Source: Candidatus Woesearchaeota archaeon | Lineage (GTDB): Archaea > Nanobdellota > Nanobdellia > Woesearchaeales > JAZDKJ01 | DNA: 64,000 bases | Assembly (NCBI GenBank): GCA_043803105.1 | Contig: JAZDKJ010000010.1 | Location: forward strand, 47,052 to 111,051 | Direction: 5' to 3' | Part shown: piece after piece, positions 1 to 9,682 of the stretch | How the letters are laid out: the number at the start of each line of letters is the position of its first letter | Numbering within the stretch: position 1 is the first letter of the stretch | Program-made: the position numbers and the translations under genes | The notes under the pieces: generated by a model | The model's input: only the letters and a program-made list of their open reading frames with translations | Told to the model about the DNA's origin: nothing | Databases searched by the model: none

Positions 1-10
1 ATGGCTTATT

Positions 11-400
11 TTGGATGAATTGGAAGTAAAAAAAGTCCCCTCAAAACCAGGTGCTTATAAAATTAGCGTTTTTAAAGCCGATGGAACACCAATTAGAATT
101 AATCGTTTTCTTGGAGTTGATCCTGAAGGAGTAATAGATATAGGAGAATCAACCGATTTGCATGCTCGACTTCAGAATTTCAAGAGGAATATTGAAAAAG
201 GATCTGGCGGTCATATGGCCGGTTGGAGATTCCATTTTCTAAAGTTATATGAAAAGTTCAAAATTCTTAAATTCAGTTTTGAAGTTTGTGCCACAAAAGA
301 ACAGGCCTACAAAAAAGAATATGCTATGATGAAGAGGTATATTGATGAACACAAGGAACTACCTCCTCTGAATTATAAATACAATTGGTCAGAAGAGTAA
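11..400 (+). CDS. GIY-YIG-like nuclease domain protein (start uncertain, may be 5'-truncated by the window edge)
   Basis: PGAYKI...IDIGES-x-DLHARL...E pattern resembles the GIY-YIG core; stop lies just upstream of the UvrD gene. Confidence 0.6.
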   Translation: MDELEVKKVPSKPGAYKISVFKADGTPIRINRFLGVDPEGVIDIGESTDLHARLQNFKRNIEKGSGGHMAGWRFHFLKLYEKFKILKFSFEVCATKEQAYKKEYAMMKRYIDEHKELPPLNYKYNWSEE

Positions 401-424
401 TTTTTGACTTTTCACAACAATAAA

Positions 425-3400
425 ATGAAGAACAATCAGGAAGAAGCAATCGAAAAAACCACAGGCCCATGCCTTATCTTCGCAGGTCCTGGTACTGGCA
501 AGACTTATACTTTGGTTAAGAAGATTAAGCATTTGATTGATTCTAAGGAGTATGAGCCTTCTGAGATCCTGGCTTTGACTTTTTCTGTTGAGGCAACAAA
601 GAACCTTCGGGAAGAGGTTGAGAAGGAGGTTGGCGCAGCCAATCAGGTCATAATCCGTACATTTCACGGTTTTTGTGCTGATATTTTGAGGGTTGATGGC
701 TCAAAGATTGGTATTGATCCAGGCTTTGATATCCTTGAGCCTGATGACACTAAGATCTTCTTTCTGAAGTATCTTGACATCAAGCCTTATTACGCTGATC
801 TGTACAGTATGACTATCTCCACGGCAAAGGATTTGAGCATAAGCCTGGAAGAGATTGAAGCTTACACTCGTAGTCAAAAGGAGCAGCTGAAGCAGTATTG
901 TCCAGATTTAGGGAACCTTGACAAATATGTTGAACAGCAAAATATAGAGCTTAACACTCTTCATTTGAAATCACATGAAACTCCTACAGAAAAGGCACAG
1001 GTAAGAAAGGAAAAGGGCCTTATTGTCGATTTTCTTGAGAAATATGACTACTACAAGAAATACCAAGATTTGGTTGATGCTTGGAAAGCATACAATGAGC
1101 TAAAGAAGAAAAGAAACCTGATGGACTTCTCAGACCTAAATCTTTACGCTTTAGAATATTTCAAGAAATATGGTTCTAAGAAGTATTCTGAGCAGTACAA
1201 GTACATTCTTGTTGATGAGTTCCAGGATACGAATAAGGCCCAGTTCGACCTAATCAGCTTTCTTGCTATGGATCATAAGAACGTAACAATAGTAGGGGAC
1301 AGGAACCAATCTATCTATGGGTTTAGGGGCGCTTATCAGGAAAATGTTGCGCATTTCAAGGAAGATTTTGACGTGACTAAAAAGGATATTTTTGAGCTTG
1401 AGAAATCCAGAAGGAGTCCAAACACAGTTTTGAGAGTAAGCCACAAGCTTATACTTAACAATTACGACAAGCCTGAAGAATGCTTTCAGATATCTAATGC
1501 CTATGACCTTGAGGGTGTGAAAGTCCAAGTGTTTGAACTCTTGGATGAGGCAAGCGAGGCTGCTCATGTTGCAGAATTGGTCCAGGAACAATTGGACAAA
1601 GGTGTTCCTCATCATGAAATCTGCGTGTTATACAGAACCCACAAGCAGGGAGCAATCATAAGGCAGGCATTTGAGTCAAAGGCCATTCCTATTGTGACTG
1701 CTGGCAGCACTGACTTGTTGTCCAGGCCTGAAATCAAGACAGTTGTTAGCTACTTGGCTGTTGTCAACAATCTAAGGCAAAGGACTGGAACTGGAGAGCA
1801 AGCCTGGTGGAGCTTATTCCATTACAAGAATGACCTTTCACCTGAAGACAGCCTTAAGGTTGGAAGATTTCTGGCAGAACATAAGACAGAGTCTGTGGAT
1901 GCTGTCATATTAAACAATCTTGACAAGATTGGGCTGTCAACGCATGGCAAAGAGATTATCCTTAGGCTTATTAACAAGCTGAAGGAGTTGAGCCAGACTG
2001 CCAAAAAGTCATTACCCGAAATGATTTTTGATATCTATGAGCTTGTCGGTCTGAATAGGATGTTTTCCTATGAGAGGACTACAGCAAATATTGAATCCTT
2101 GCTCAACTTGAAAGAGTTTCTATCAGTTGCAGACTATTTTTCCAAGCTTCACAGCAGTGACTTACAGAGCTTTATTGAATATTTGGAATTGCTTGAGGAG
2201 GCTGGGGTGGAGAAGCGAAGTGAGAAAGTCATTCCAATGAATGCTGTCAGATTAATGACAATGCATTCCGTAAAGGGATTGCAGTTTGAGACAGTTATTG
2301 TTACCAACCTTGCTGAGGGCAGATTTCCTATTGTCAGAACCCCAAGGGATCCTCTTATTCCAAAAGAGCTTGTGCCCTACATCAAAAGGCATTTGGCAGG
2401 TAAAAATCTTAATCATAAGGAAAGGGAGAAGGAAATTAAGAAAATTGAGAAGGATATGATGCTTCTGGAAGAGAGACGGCTTTGTTATGTTTCCTTGACT
2501 AGGGCAAAGACGAATCTGATTCTGACTTTTGCTTCAGACTATGACAAGAAAGGAACTGGTGGAAAGTCAATATTCTTGCTTGAAATCTTAGACAAAGGCA
2601 ACTCAGACATTGAAGTTACGACAATCAGTGAGCAGAAAGGTACTGTAATCGCTCCTGATTCAAGATACGAGCGGATGAAAGCTTCTATTAAAGCACAATT
2701 TGTGCAGCACCTTGATTCTGATGACTTTCCTACACTGCTGCAGCGACTGCTGAGCTATCACAGCCTTCGGGAAGCAGATGTTGCTGATTACAAGACCCTG
2801 ATTGATGAGTCCTGGGACAAGATCTGGCATCCAGAACAGGTTAACTCAAACCTGGATATTGCCAAGCAGGAGATTTCCCGAATGAAGTTTGACAAGAATG
2901 AGATACGTTTCAGCTTTAGTACATTGGATACTTATGACCAGTGTCCAAAGAAGTATGAGCTGCGGCATTTGTTTCATATGCCTGAAAGAGGGGATTTTGA
3001 AGTTTCTGGAAAGAACTATGGAAGCTTTGTCCATGACCTTTTTGCAGATGGAGTAAAACAGAAGTTCAAAAACAAAAAGGAGTATATGGAGCATGCTGAA
3101 AATCTATTGAAACTTCCAAAATGGGAAGGACTTGACCTAAAGGATGTAATACCACTAATTGAAGTGTTCTGGGCTCGGAACAAGGACAAATATGATGAGA
3201 AAAGCGAGGTTGAGAAAGGTTTTGGCTTTGAGATTGATGGAATGAAATTCACAGGTTTTATTGATAGGATTGACGTGCTTAAAGGCAAAGAAATTGAGAT
3301 AGTTGACTACAAAAGTAATGCTCATGACATCCCAGTCAAGAAACGAGCCTGGCAAATGTCAATCTATGCTTATGCAGCAAAGAACAAACTTGGTTTGATT

Positions 3401-3649
3401 CCTAAGAAGATCACTCTTGACATGCTCAAACTAGAGAAGCCTTACGTGTATGAGCTTGACGCAGAAGGTAATGCAGTCGGAGAAGGAAAAACAAAAGACT
3501 TCAACATGAACACATCAATACAGGAAATGGTTGAAACTGCAAAGAAGATCATTCATGATTTTGAGCATGAATTCAAGACTACTGAAAATGACAATAACTG
3601 TAGGATGTGCGGGTATGGGTTTTATTGTCCGAAGCGCGAGTCGCCCTGA
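425..3649 (+). CDS. UvrD/PcrA-like SF1 helicase fused to C-terminal PD-(D/E)xK nuclease with Fe-S staple (AdnB/AddA-like)
   Basis: AGPGTGKT, LVDEFQD, VGDRNQSIYGFRGA, MTMHSVKGLQF, EERRLCYVSLTRAK; C-terminal GFIDRID...IVDYKS...Q-x3-Y and Cys pattern CP...CRMC-x5-CP; ATG at 425 chosen over TTG at 404. Confidence 0.93.
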   Translation: MKNNQEEAIEKTTGPCLIFAGPGTGKTYTLVKKIKHLIDSKEYEPSEILALTFSVEATKNLREEVEKEVGAANQVIIRTFHGFCADILRVDGSKIGIDPGFDILEPDDTKIFFLKYLDIKPYYADLYSMTISTAKDLSISLEEIEAYTRSQKEQLKQYCPDLGNLDKYVEQQNIELNTLHLKSHETPTEKAQVRKEKGLIVDFLEKYDYYKKYQDLVDAWKAYNELKKKRNLMDFSDLNLYALEYFKKYGSKKYSEQYKYILVDEFQDTNKAQFDLISFLAMDHKNVTIVGDRNQSIYGFRGAYQENVAHFKEDFDVTKKDIFELEKSRRSPNTVLRVSHKLILNNYDKPEECFQISNAYDLEGVKVQVFELLDEASEAAHVAELVQEQLDKGVPHHEICVLYRTHKQGAIIRQAFESKAIPIVTAGSTDLLSRPEIKTVVSYLAVVNNLRQRTGTGEQAWWSLFHYKNDLSPEDSLKVGRFLAEHKTESVDAVILNNLDKIGLSTHGKEIILRLINKLKELSQTAKKSLPEMIFDIYELVGLNRMFSYERTTANIESLLNLKEFLSVADYFSKLHSSDLQSFIEYLELLEEAGVEKRSEKVIPMNAVRLMTMHSVKGLQFETVIVTNLAEGRFPIVRTPRDPLIPKELVPYIKRHLAGKNLNHKEREKEIKKIEKDMMLLEERRLCYVSLTRAKTNLILTFASDYDKKGTGGKSIFLLEILDKGNSDIEVTTISEQKGTVIAPDSRYERMKASIKAQFVQHLDSDDFPTLLQRLLSYHSLREADVADYKTLIDESWDKIWHPEQVNSNLDIAKQEISRMKFDKNEIRFSFSTLDTYDQCPKKYELRHLFHMPERGDFEVSGKNYGSFVHDLFADGVKQKFKNKKEYMEHAENLLKLPKWEGLDLKDVIPLIEVFWARNKDKYDEKSEVEKGFGFEIDGMKFTGFIDRIDVLKGKEIEIVDYKSNAHDIPVKKRAWQMSIYAYAAKNKLGLIPKKITLDMLKLEKPYVYELDAEGNAVGEGKTKDFNMNTSIQEMVETAKKIIHDFEHEFKTTENDNNCRMCGYGFYCPKRESP

Positions 3650-3681
3650 GAGTTAAAGATGCAATTAATTTAGGCCACAAA

Positions 3682-4971
3682 ATGACAATTGAATACTTTA
3701 CATACAAACCAAAGGATATAGAAACTGAAAAGTGGCTAAAAAGGGAGAAGGAAGATTCAGAAAACTTTGCAAGAGAAGTAGGTGTGAGCATAGACAAAAT
3801 GGGAATTGTTGGTGAGGATCTATTTAGCCTGACTTTAGACAACCAAAGTGCCACTTTAGGGTATAGGTCCGTTTCAGTTGTTACAGGAGAGACAACGGCG
3901 AAAGGAATGCTAAACGCTCTATGCCCTGAACTAGAATGTTTTGTCACATTAGTAAATTGGATGGGAACTTCTGACCACCGTAAATCAAACAGAGTTACGT
4001 ACCATCATGAGTTAGATAATTTTGTGAGTACCGGAAATCCAAATCAAGTGTGCATCTTAAGCGGCAACTATCGGTTAAAGAACGACGAGTTTTCAACAAT
4101 AACCTTATTTAGGGCAAATGCGAAGATAACAACTAAAACTAAACGATTTTATGACTGGGAAAGAGTTCCTTTTCTGAAAAGGACTGGAGAAACTTTTGCA
4201 TATTACCCTTCACCCATCTTCATGCTGCCCGTTAAGAGCAGAGAAGAGAACGTGTCTGAAGATAAGGTTTATTATTTCACGGCCCCGTTTATGATCATTA
4301 AATTAAGTGCCACCCTATTAAAAATTGCTGTGATAAATGCGACAAATCCAAATCAAACAATAACTGAAGTCTGCGTTTATGACGGCAATTTAACGAATTT
4401 AGTGAGTTCAAAACTTGGTTCGCTTTATACTGGTTTATTTGAAGATAAAATCTACAGAAGGAAGGGACAGTTTGAGAGGGAAATTGTTCTGTTGAATATG
4501 TCTCAAGAGGAATTGGACGGCAATGATCTTGTGGGACATTTGATAACCCAAAGGATGTATTATCATTATCTCAAGACTAGGCTATTAAGAATCTGCTCAG
4601 ATTATGAATTTGAAGAGACATTAAAGACGATAATATCACAAACAGAAAGAGTATACGGAGTAAAGGTTACAATGAAATTAGAATTCTTTGAAAAAACCTA
4701 CCTCGATGCTTACTTCAAGAAGATAGATGGTGCTTGGTACTATAAACCATATATTCTAAATGAATTAAACGATGTTCAACTAATTGAGTTAATTGATCAG
4801 ATTCAAAACAAGGATGGCCAGGAATTAACTGTTGAAAGGCTAATAATGAAGGAAAAATATCGAAAGTACCAAAGTTACTTGGAATTTCTGAATTGTTATA
4901 ATCTCTATTCTAAAAGGATATTAATTAATATGGTCGCTTATAAAGAAGGACTTACAAAATGGCTGATATAA
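3682..4971 (+). CDS. Hypothetical protein (~430 aa), first gene of the coupled helicase unit
   Basis: Long ORF; ATG 3682 avoids overlap with the UvrD gene; 3' end overlaps the helicase start at 4959. Confidence 0.85.
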   Translation: MTIEYFTYKPKDIETEKWLKREKEDSENFAREVGVSIDKMGIVGEDLFSLTLDNQSATLGYRSVSVVTGETTAKGMLNALCPELECFVTLVNWMGTSDHRKSNRVTYHHELDNFVSTGNPNQVCILSGNYRLKNDEFSTITLFRANAKITTKTKRFYDWERVPFLKRTGETFAYYPSPIFMLPVKSREENVSEDKVYYFTAPFMIIKLSATLLKIAVINATNPNQTITEVCVYDGNLTNLVSSKLGSLYTGLFEDKIYRRKGQFEREIVLLNMSQEELDGNDLVGHLITQRMYYHYLKTRLLRICSDYEFEETLKTIISQTERVYGVKVTMKLEFFEKTYLDAYFKKIDGAWYYKPYILNELNDVQLIELIDQIQNKDGQELTVERLIMKEKYRKYQSYLEFLNCYNLYSKRILINMVAYKEGLTKWLI

Positions 4972-7900
4972 ACCCTAAGGGTATATTTGAAATCATAAAG
5001 AAGAATTATCTTTCCTTTATACTTACAACTGTATGTAGGGACAACAAAAAACTATACGAAGAGTTAAAAAATTTCTTCTTGGACAGCCCTGATTTACTAT
5101 GGAGAGACCTCATCATACAAGAAGTACCAAAATATAAGACAGTGACTACTGGAATAGCTGCTTTGAATTTTAGTGATGGGGTGAAAGAGTTAATTAGGGG
5201 TGAACTAAGAACACCTTATGTTCACCAAATACAAACATGGAAAAAAGCATTGGCAGGAGAAAATTGTGTTGTAGCTACCGGAACTGGAAGTGGAAAGACT
5301 GAAGCGTTTATTATGCCAATATTAGATTATTGTGCCACCAATTATACTAACGGGGTACAGGCGATAGTTATTTACCCAATGAAAGCTTTAGCTAACGACC
5401 AAGGAAAAAGAATAGGAGATCTTATTGATAAACTTAATGAGATAACCGGAAAGAAATTAACCTTTGCATTGTTGGATGGGGATACCGAAAAAAGATCTCC
5501 TTTGGGCGCAAAGTCTGAGATATTCACAAAAGAGGAGATAGCCAATAATCCACCAAATATATTATTGACAAATTATGTTATGTTAGAAAGGATTCTACTT
5601 TACCCTCAATATATAAGAGTTCTACAAAATAGTAAAATAAGGTATATAGTGCTAGATGAAATTCATTATTATCGTGGTGCTCAAGGTATTGATGTGTCTT
5701 TGCTTATGAGAAGGTTGCAATTCTATTTGAGGCTCAACAATAATCCCTTCATGCAGTATATAGGTACTAGCGCTACAATCTCTACAAGTATAGGGACAAA
5801 ATCTCAATATGTCGAAAATTTTCTATTTAAACTATTTAATGTAACATTTAAGAAAGACAATATAGTGTTACCTGTTTTTGATGAAAAATGTCTAATTGGC
5901 ACCTTATGTAAACCTATTTTTCTAAGTGACTTAAAAGAAAAACTTGATAATATTGAAATTAGAGCGCATGCCTTCTTCTGTGCTCCCCCATCCTTGTTTA
6001 GGTGCCTCAAATGTAACCATATACATGTGCTTGCTAAGGATAAATGCCAAAAATGTAGCTCAAAATTAGTTTTCGAAATCTCGACTTGCAGACAGTGTGG
6101 AAAGGAATATCTAGTTTATCCCTTTTTAAAAAATAAACAGTCGGATATCAATCTTAAAGATATAGACATCATCAAGGCAATAAAACCATTTAATGGTCAG
6201 GAGGTAGAATCAAGGGGAGAAATAGTTCTTAGTAAAGAACAGATTCAAGACAGTCAGGAAAAACTTAAACTCTGTGAAGATTGTTTAAGCATATACTCTG
6301 ATTCTTCTAGCATTCATTCCTGCCCCATTTGTGCTAGTGAAAAGTATATATATGTTTATCCTGTTGAAGAAGACAATGAGAAACCAACAATATTAACAAA
6401 AGAGAAAAATGACAAATTTTGTCCCTTCTGTAATTTTGAGGAATCAAGACAACCTTTAATCGTCCCAGTATCAAAAATATCTGATGAAAACACATCTCAT
6501 ATAATTTTCGACGAACTGTTTATGGCTTTGCCTAAGCAACGACAAAAACTATTGGTCTTCACCGATAACGTTCAAAGAACATCGAAGTTCGCAAGAGAAA
6601 TTGAGGAAACACACCTAAAGAACATTGCCAGGTCTTATTTGAATAAAAAAATAGAAGAGATTTCCAAGCCAGTGACAATTGATGATCTTATACATCAGGT
6701 CATGCGATATCTGAAACGTTACACCACCGTAACTGAATATTTGGAATTAAACTTAAAGAAAGAGTTATATGATGAGTTGTTGGGCAGTGGGAGAAAGGTC
6801 GCAAGCTTGGCAAATAGGGGAGTTTTCACTCTAGGTGTGGTAGATGTGGACAGCTTTCCAGAACAGGAGAGAATTAATGTTATTAAGGCGTTCGAAGTAT
6901 TTAAGGAAAAGAAGCAAGTACTAGACTATTACAAAATAGTTAATAGTGCGGGTATTCACGCATTTCAAGATTTCTTAGACAATTCTAAGTTAGTTGAAAG
7001 AGTCTTCAGAAACATGCGAGATTTAAGGAGAAAGAAAATAAAGAACATGAATTTAACAGAAGCAAAACAGGTTATTGAACTACTAAAGAAAAAACAGTAT
7101 CTAGATGAATTCGAAGGAAAATATTTTTTCAAAGAACAGTTTATGGAAGTGTGTGCAGGTAAAAGAGAAACAACCGATGTTCCGAATTATTACGACGAAT
7201 GGAAGAATAGAGACGAAATACCATTTATAAAAACTGAAATTTACACTGGAAAAACAGACGCGGAAAAAAGAACTAAGATAATATATGACTTTAAGACAAA
7301 TGATTCTATTAATTTTTTAGTTTCTACGACAACCCTAGAGTTGGGTATTGACATTAGCGACCTTGACGTAGTCGGATTGTTATACGCACCTCCGAGTCCC
7401 GCTCAATACACACAGAGAATTGGAAGGGCAGGAAGAAAGGGGCTATCTTCTTTTTCGGTAACTTTTCTGTCAAAAAGGACTCTTGATTCCATGTATTTTT
7501 ATAACCCCAAAGAGCTTGTATTAGGAGAAATAACACCCCCTATGTTTGATATTGATTTAGAGATCCCGATAAAAAAGTCACTTTTTTCAGTATACTTGTA
7601 TTTCCTTCTCAAGTGCACCGATTTTACCAAGAAGCAAGAATGTTTAGGATGGAACAAAATCAAGACTTGGGAATTATACTTCGATAAAATCAAAATCTAT
7701 CTTAAAGAGCATGAAAAGAATTTTATAGAATTCTTAACAAAATATTCTGAGATTAGTAAAATAAACATACAGAAAAATAACTTGGTTGATGAGTGGATAG
7801 AAAAGTTAGGAGATCATATCAATCTGCAGAAATCAATTAAAGCCAGTGACTTAAACCCAAACCAGAGTGTATTCAACTACTTCCAAGAGGCGGGTTTGTT

Positions 7901-8852
7901 ACCCGATTACGCATTCGGCAGTGGAGGAACTGTAGTCATTGTTCCTGGCAGGGATATGATTAAAGGATTTATGTTAAAGGAAGTTTGTCCGCCTTCAACT
8001 CTTGATTTTGAAAAGAATAGGTACAGTTGTGAAAAAATATCACTTAAACCTTACCACTTCAAGAAATTATCAAATAATTACAAGTATTGCGGTAATTGCA
8101 GAAGTGTAATAAGCTTAAAGGAAAGTGATAAAGAGTGCAACATCTGTACAACCACATTAATCCCGATTAACAATGAATTAATTGAACCAAAAGTCATAAA
8201 TGGAAGAAGATCTGCATTTTCTTTAACCCAAAAATATGTAAAATGGGATTTTTCTATTATTGATATACCCAAGGATATTATATATGTCAATGACATTGTT
8301 ACTAAACCATTTGCCAGCGACGTTGGTATGGTATTTAATTCCGTTATGGAAGGGGACACTAACATCCCCTACTTTATTTGTAAAGAATGTGGGTATTTAT
8401 ATTCTAAGAACACCAAAAGAAAGGATGAAAATCATGTCCATAAGGATGCTACATGGAAAATTGCATCTAAGTTCAAAACACAAGTAGTTATCTTGGATCT
8501 CACAGAATATAATATTAGAGACAAAACCACCTTGCTAAATGCGTTAATATCTGCTTCGGCAATTGAAGCTGGCTGTGAAGATGGAGAAATTGCTGGGTTT
8601 AGCCTGTTAAATGAAGGAAAATTCGTATTATTTGATAATGTGGAAGGTGGAGTCGGCTTCGTAAATGTACTGTCTGAAAAATTAATGAATGTCTTGAAGA
8701 ATGCAAGGGACCTATGTGGTCAAAGCTGTTGCGAAAATGGATGTATAAGATGTATAGGGTCTTTTTGGAGACAAAATGAATTGACATATTTAAGAAAAAG
8801 AGATATTATTCCTATTTTGGATGACTTGATTAAAGAATATGGCGACAGTTGA
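4959..8852 (+). CDS. DEAD/DEAH-box SF2 helicase with Zn-finger inserts and C-terminal DUF1998 (DruE/MrfA/DrmB-like)
   Basis: ATGTGSGKTEAF, IYPMKALANDQ, LLTNYVMLE, LDEIHYYRGAQG, TSAT, LLVFTDN, TTTLELGIDIS, YTQRIGRAGR; several CxxC pairs; C-terminal LFDNVEGGVGF...C-x3-C-x-x-C. Confidence 0.92.
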   Translation: MADINPKGIFEIIKKNYLSFILTTVCRDNKKLYEELKNFFLDSPDLLWRDLIIQEVPKYKTVTTGIAALNFSDGVKELIRGELRTPYVHQIQTWKKALAGENCVVATGTGSGKTEAFIMPILDYCATNYTNGVQAIVIYPMKALANDQGKRIGDLIDKLNEITGKKLTFALLDGDTEKRSPLGAKSEIFTKEEIANNPPNILLTNYVMLERILLYPQYIRVLQNSKIRYIVLDEIHYYRGAQGIDVSLLMRRLQFYLRLNNNPFMQYIGTSATISTSIGTKSQYVENFLFKLFNVTFKKDNIVLPVFDEKCLIGTLCKPIFLSDLKEKLDNIEIRAHAFFCAPPSLFRCLKCNHIHVLAKDKCQKCSSKLVFEISTCRQCGKEYLVYPFLKNKQSDINLKDIDIIKAIKPFNGQEVESRGEIVLSKEQIQDSQEKLKLCEDCLSIYSDSSSIHSCPICASEKYIYVYPVEEDNEKPTILTKEKNDKFCPFCNFEESRQPLIVPVSKISDENTSHIIFDELFMALPKQRQKLLVFTDNVQRTSKFAREIEETHLKNIARSYLNKKIEEISKPVTIDDLIHQVMRYLKRYTTVTEYLELNLKKELYDELLGSGRKVASLANRGVFTLGVVDVDSFPEQERINVIKAFEVFKEKKQVLDYYKIVNSAGIHAFQDFLDNSKLVERVFRNMRDLRRKKIKNMNLTEAKQVIELLKKKQYLDEFEGKYFFKEQFMEVCAGKRETTDVPNYYDEWKNRDEIPFIKTEIYTGKTDAEKRTKIIYDFKTNDSINFLVSTTTLELGIDISDLDVVGLLYAPPSPAQYTQRIGRAGRKGLSSFSVTFLSKRTLDSMYFYNPKELVLGEITPPMFDIDLEIPIKKSLFSVYLYFLLKCTDFTKKQECLGWNKIKTWELYFDKIKIYLKEHEKNFIEFLTKYSEISKINIQKNNLVDEWIEKLGDHINLQKSIKASDLNPNQSVFNYFQEAGLLPDYAFGSGGTVVIVPGRDMIKGFMLKEVCPPSTLDFEKNRYSCEKISLKPYHFKKLSNNYKYCGNCRSVISLKESDKECNICTTTLIPINNELIEPKVINGRRSAFSLTQKYVKWDFSIIDIPKDIIYVNDIVTKPFASDVGMVFNSVMEGDTNIPYFICKECGYLYSKNTKRKDENHVHKDATWKIASKFKTQVVILDLTEYNIRDKTTLLNALISASAIEAGCEDGEIAGFSLLNEGKFVLFDNVEGGVGFVNVLSEKLMNVLKNARDLCGQSCCENGCIRCIGSFWRQNELTYLRKRDIIPILDDLIKEYGDS

Positions 8853-9642
8853 TTTTCTCCGACAAGAAAAATTGAAGGTGGAGTTTGATAGAGTATTTAG
8901 TTTCCCTAGAATGAGGGAAAGGAAAGCTATCATAGCATCTCCTTTAACAACCAATTTTTCTTTGGTTGGAACAGCATTTGATTATTTATTGAGGTTTTAT
9001 GTTCAGAAAAACAATGTCAAAACCATAAGTAATGAATGGATTTCAACAAAACTTCTTAATTTTACAAAGTATATGGGCTCAACTGGTAAGGAAATAAGAA
9101 GTATGCTAAAACAGGCAAAGATTAATTACAAAGAATATCTTAAGAAAGATATTTCTGATGATCTTCTTAGATCATGTCTATTACTGGCAAAAATAGATAA
9201 TATTCAACGATCAGCTGGTGAATTACCTACTAGTTTTTTGGTTGACGAAAAAGATATGCAAGATTTAAAAAACTTGTACTATGCAATCCCAGACGAAGTA
9301 TTCAAATCTGATACGTGTGTTCTGAATCCAACCTTTGGTCCAGCCTCTATTATGTTAGGTGGAGCTGATGCCGATCTTATTATAGGAGACACTCTGGTAG
9401 ATATTAAGACGACAGTTGATTTTACATTCACAAAATCATACTTCCTTCAATTGGTTGGTTATTATATACTTAATAAAATAGGTAAGGTAGAGGGCAATGA
9501 TAAGAAGATTCAAGTAAATAATCTTGGAATATACTACTCTCGCTATGGATATTTATTCAAATTTGGGGTTAAAGAGGTTATCATAGGAGATGTTGACAAA
9601 TTCATCGAACTTTTCGTTGATGTGGCTCAGGGTTTTAAATAA
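8839..9642 (+). CDS. PD-(D/E)xK superfamily nuclease-like protein
   Basis: GGADADLIIGDTLVDIKT followed by QLVGY (RecB-like QxxxY); start overlaps the helicase stop. Confidence 0.75.
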   Translation: MATVDFLRQEKLKVEFDRVFSFPRMRERKAIIASPLTTNFSLVGTAFDYLLRFYVQKNNVKTISNEWISTKLLNFTKYMGSTGKEIRSMLKQAKINYKEYLKKDISDDLLRSCLLLAKIDNIQRSAGELPTSFLVDEKDMQDLKNLYYAIPDEVFKSDTCVLNPTFGPASIMLGGADADLIIGDTLVDIKTTVDFTFTKSYFLQLVGYYILNKIGKVEGNDKKIQVNNLGIYYSRYGYLFKFGVKEVIIGDVDKFIELFVDVAQGFK

Positions 9643-9682
9643 GAGAAGGTGAAAGGACTCAGGTTATGACAGAATCTCTATT

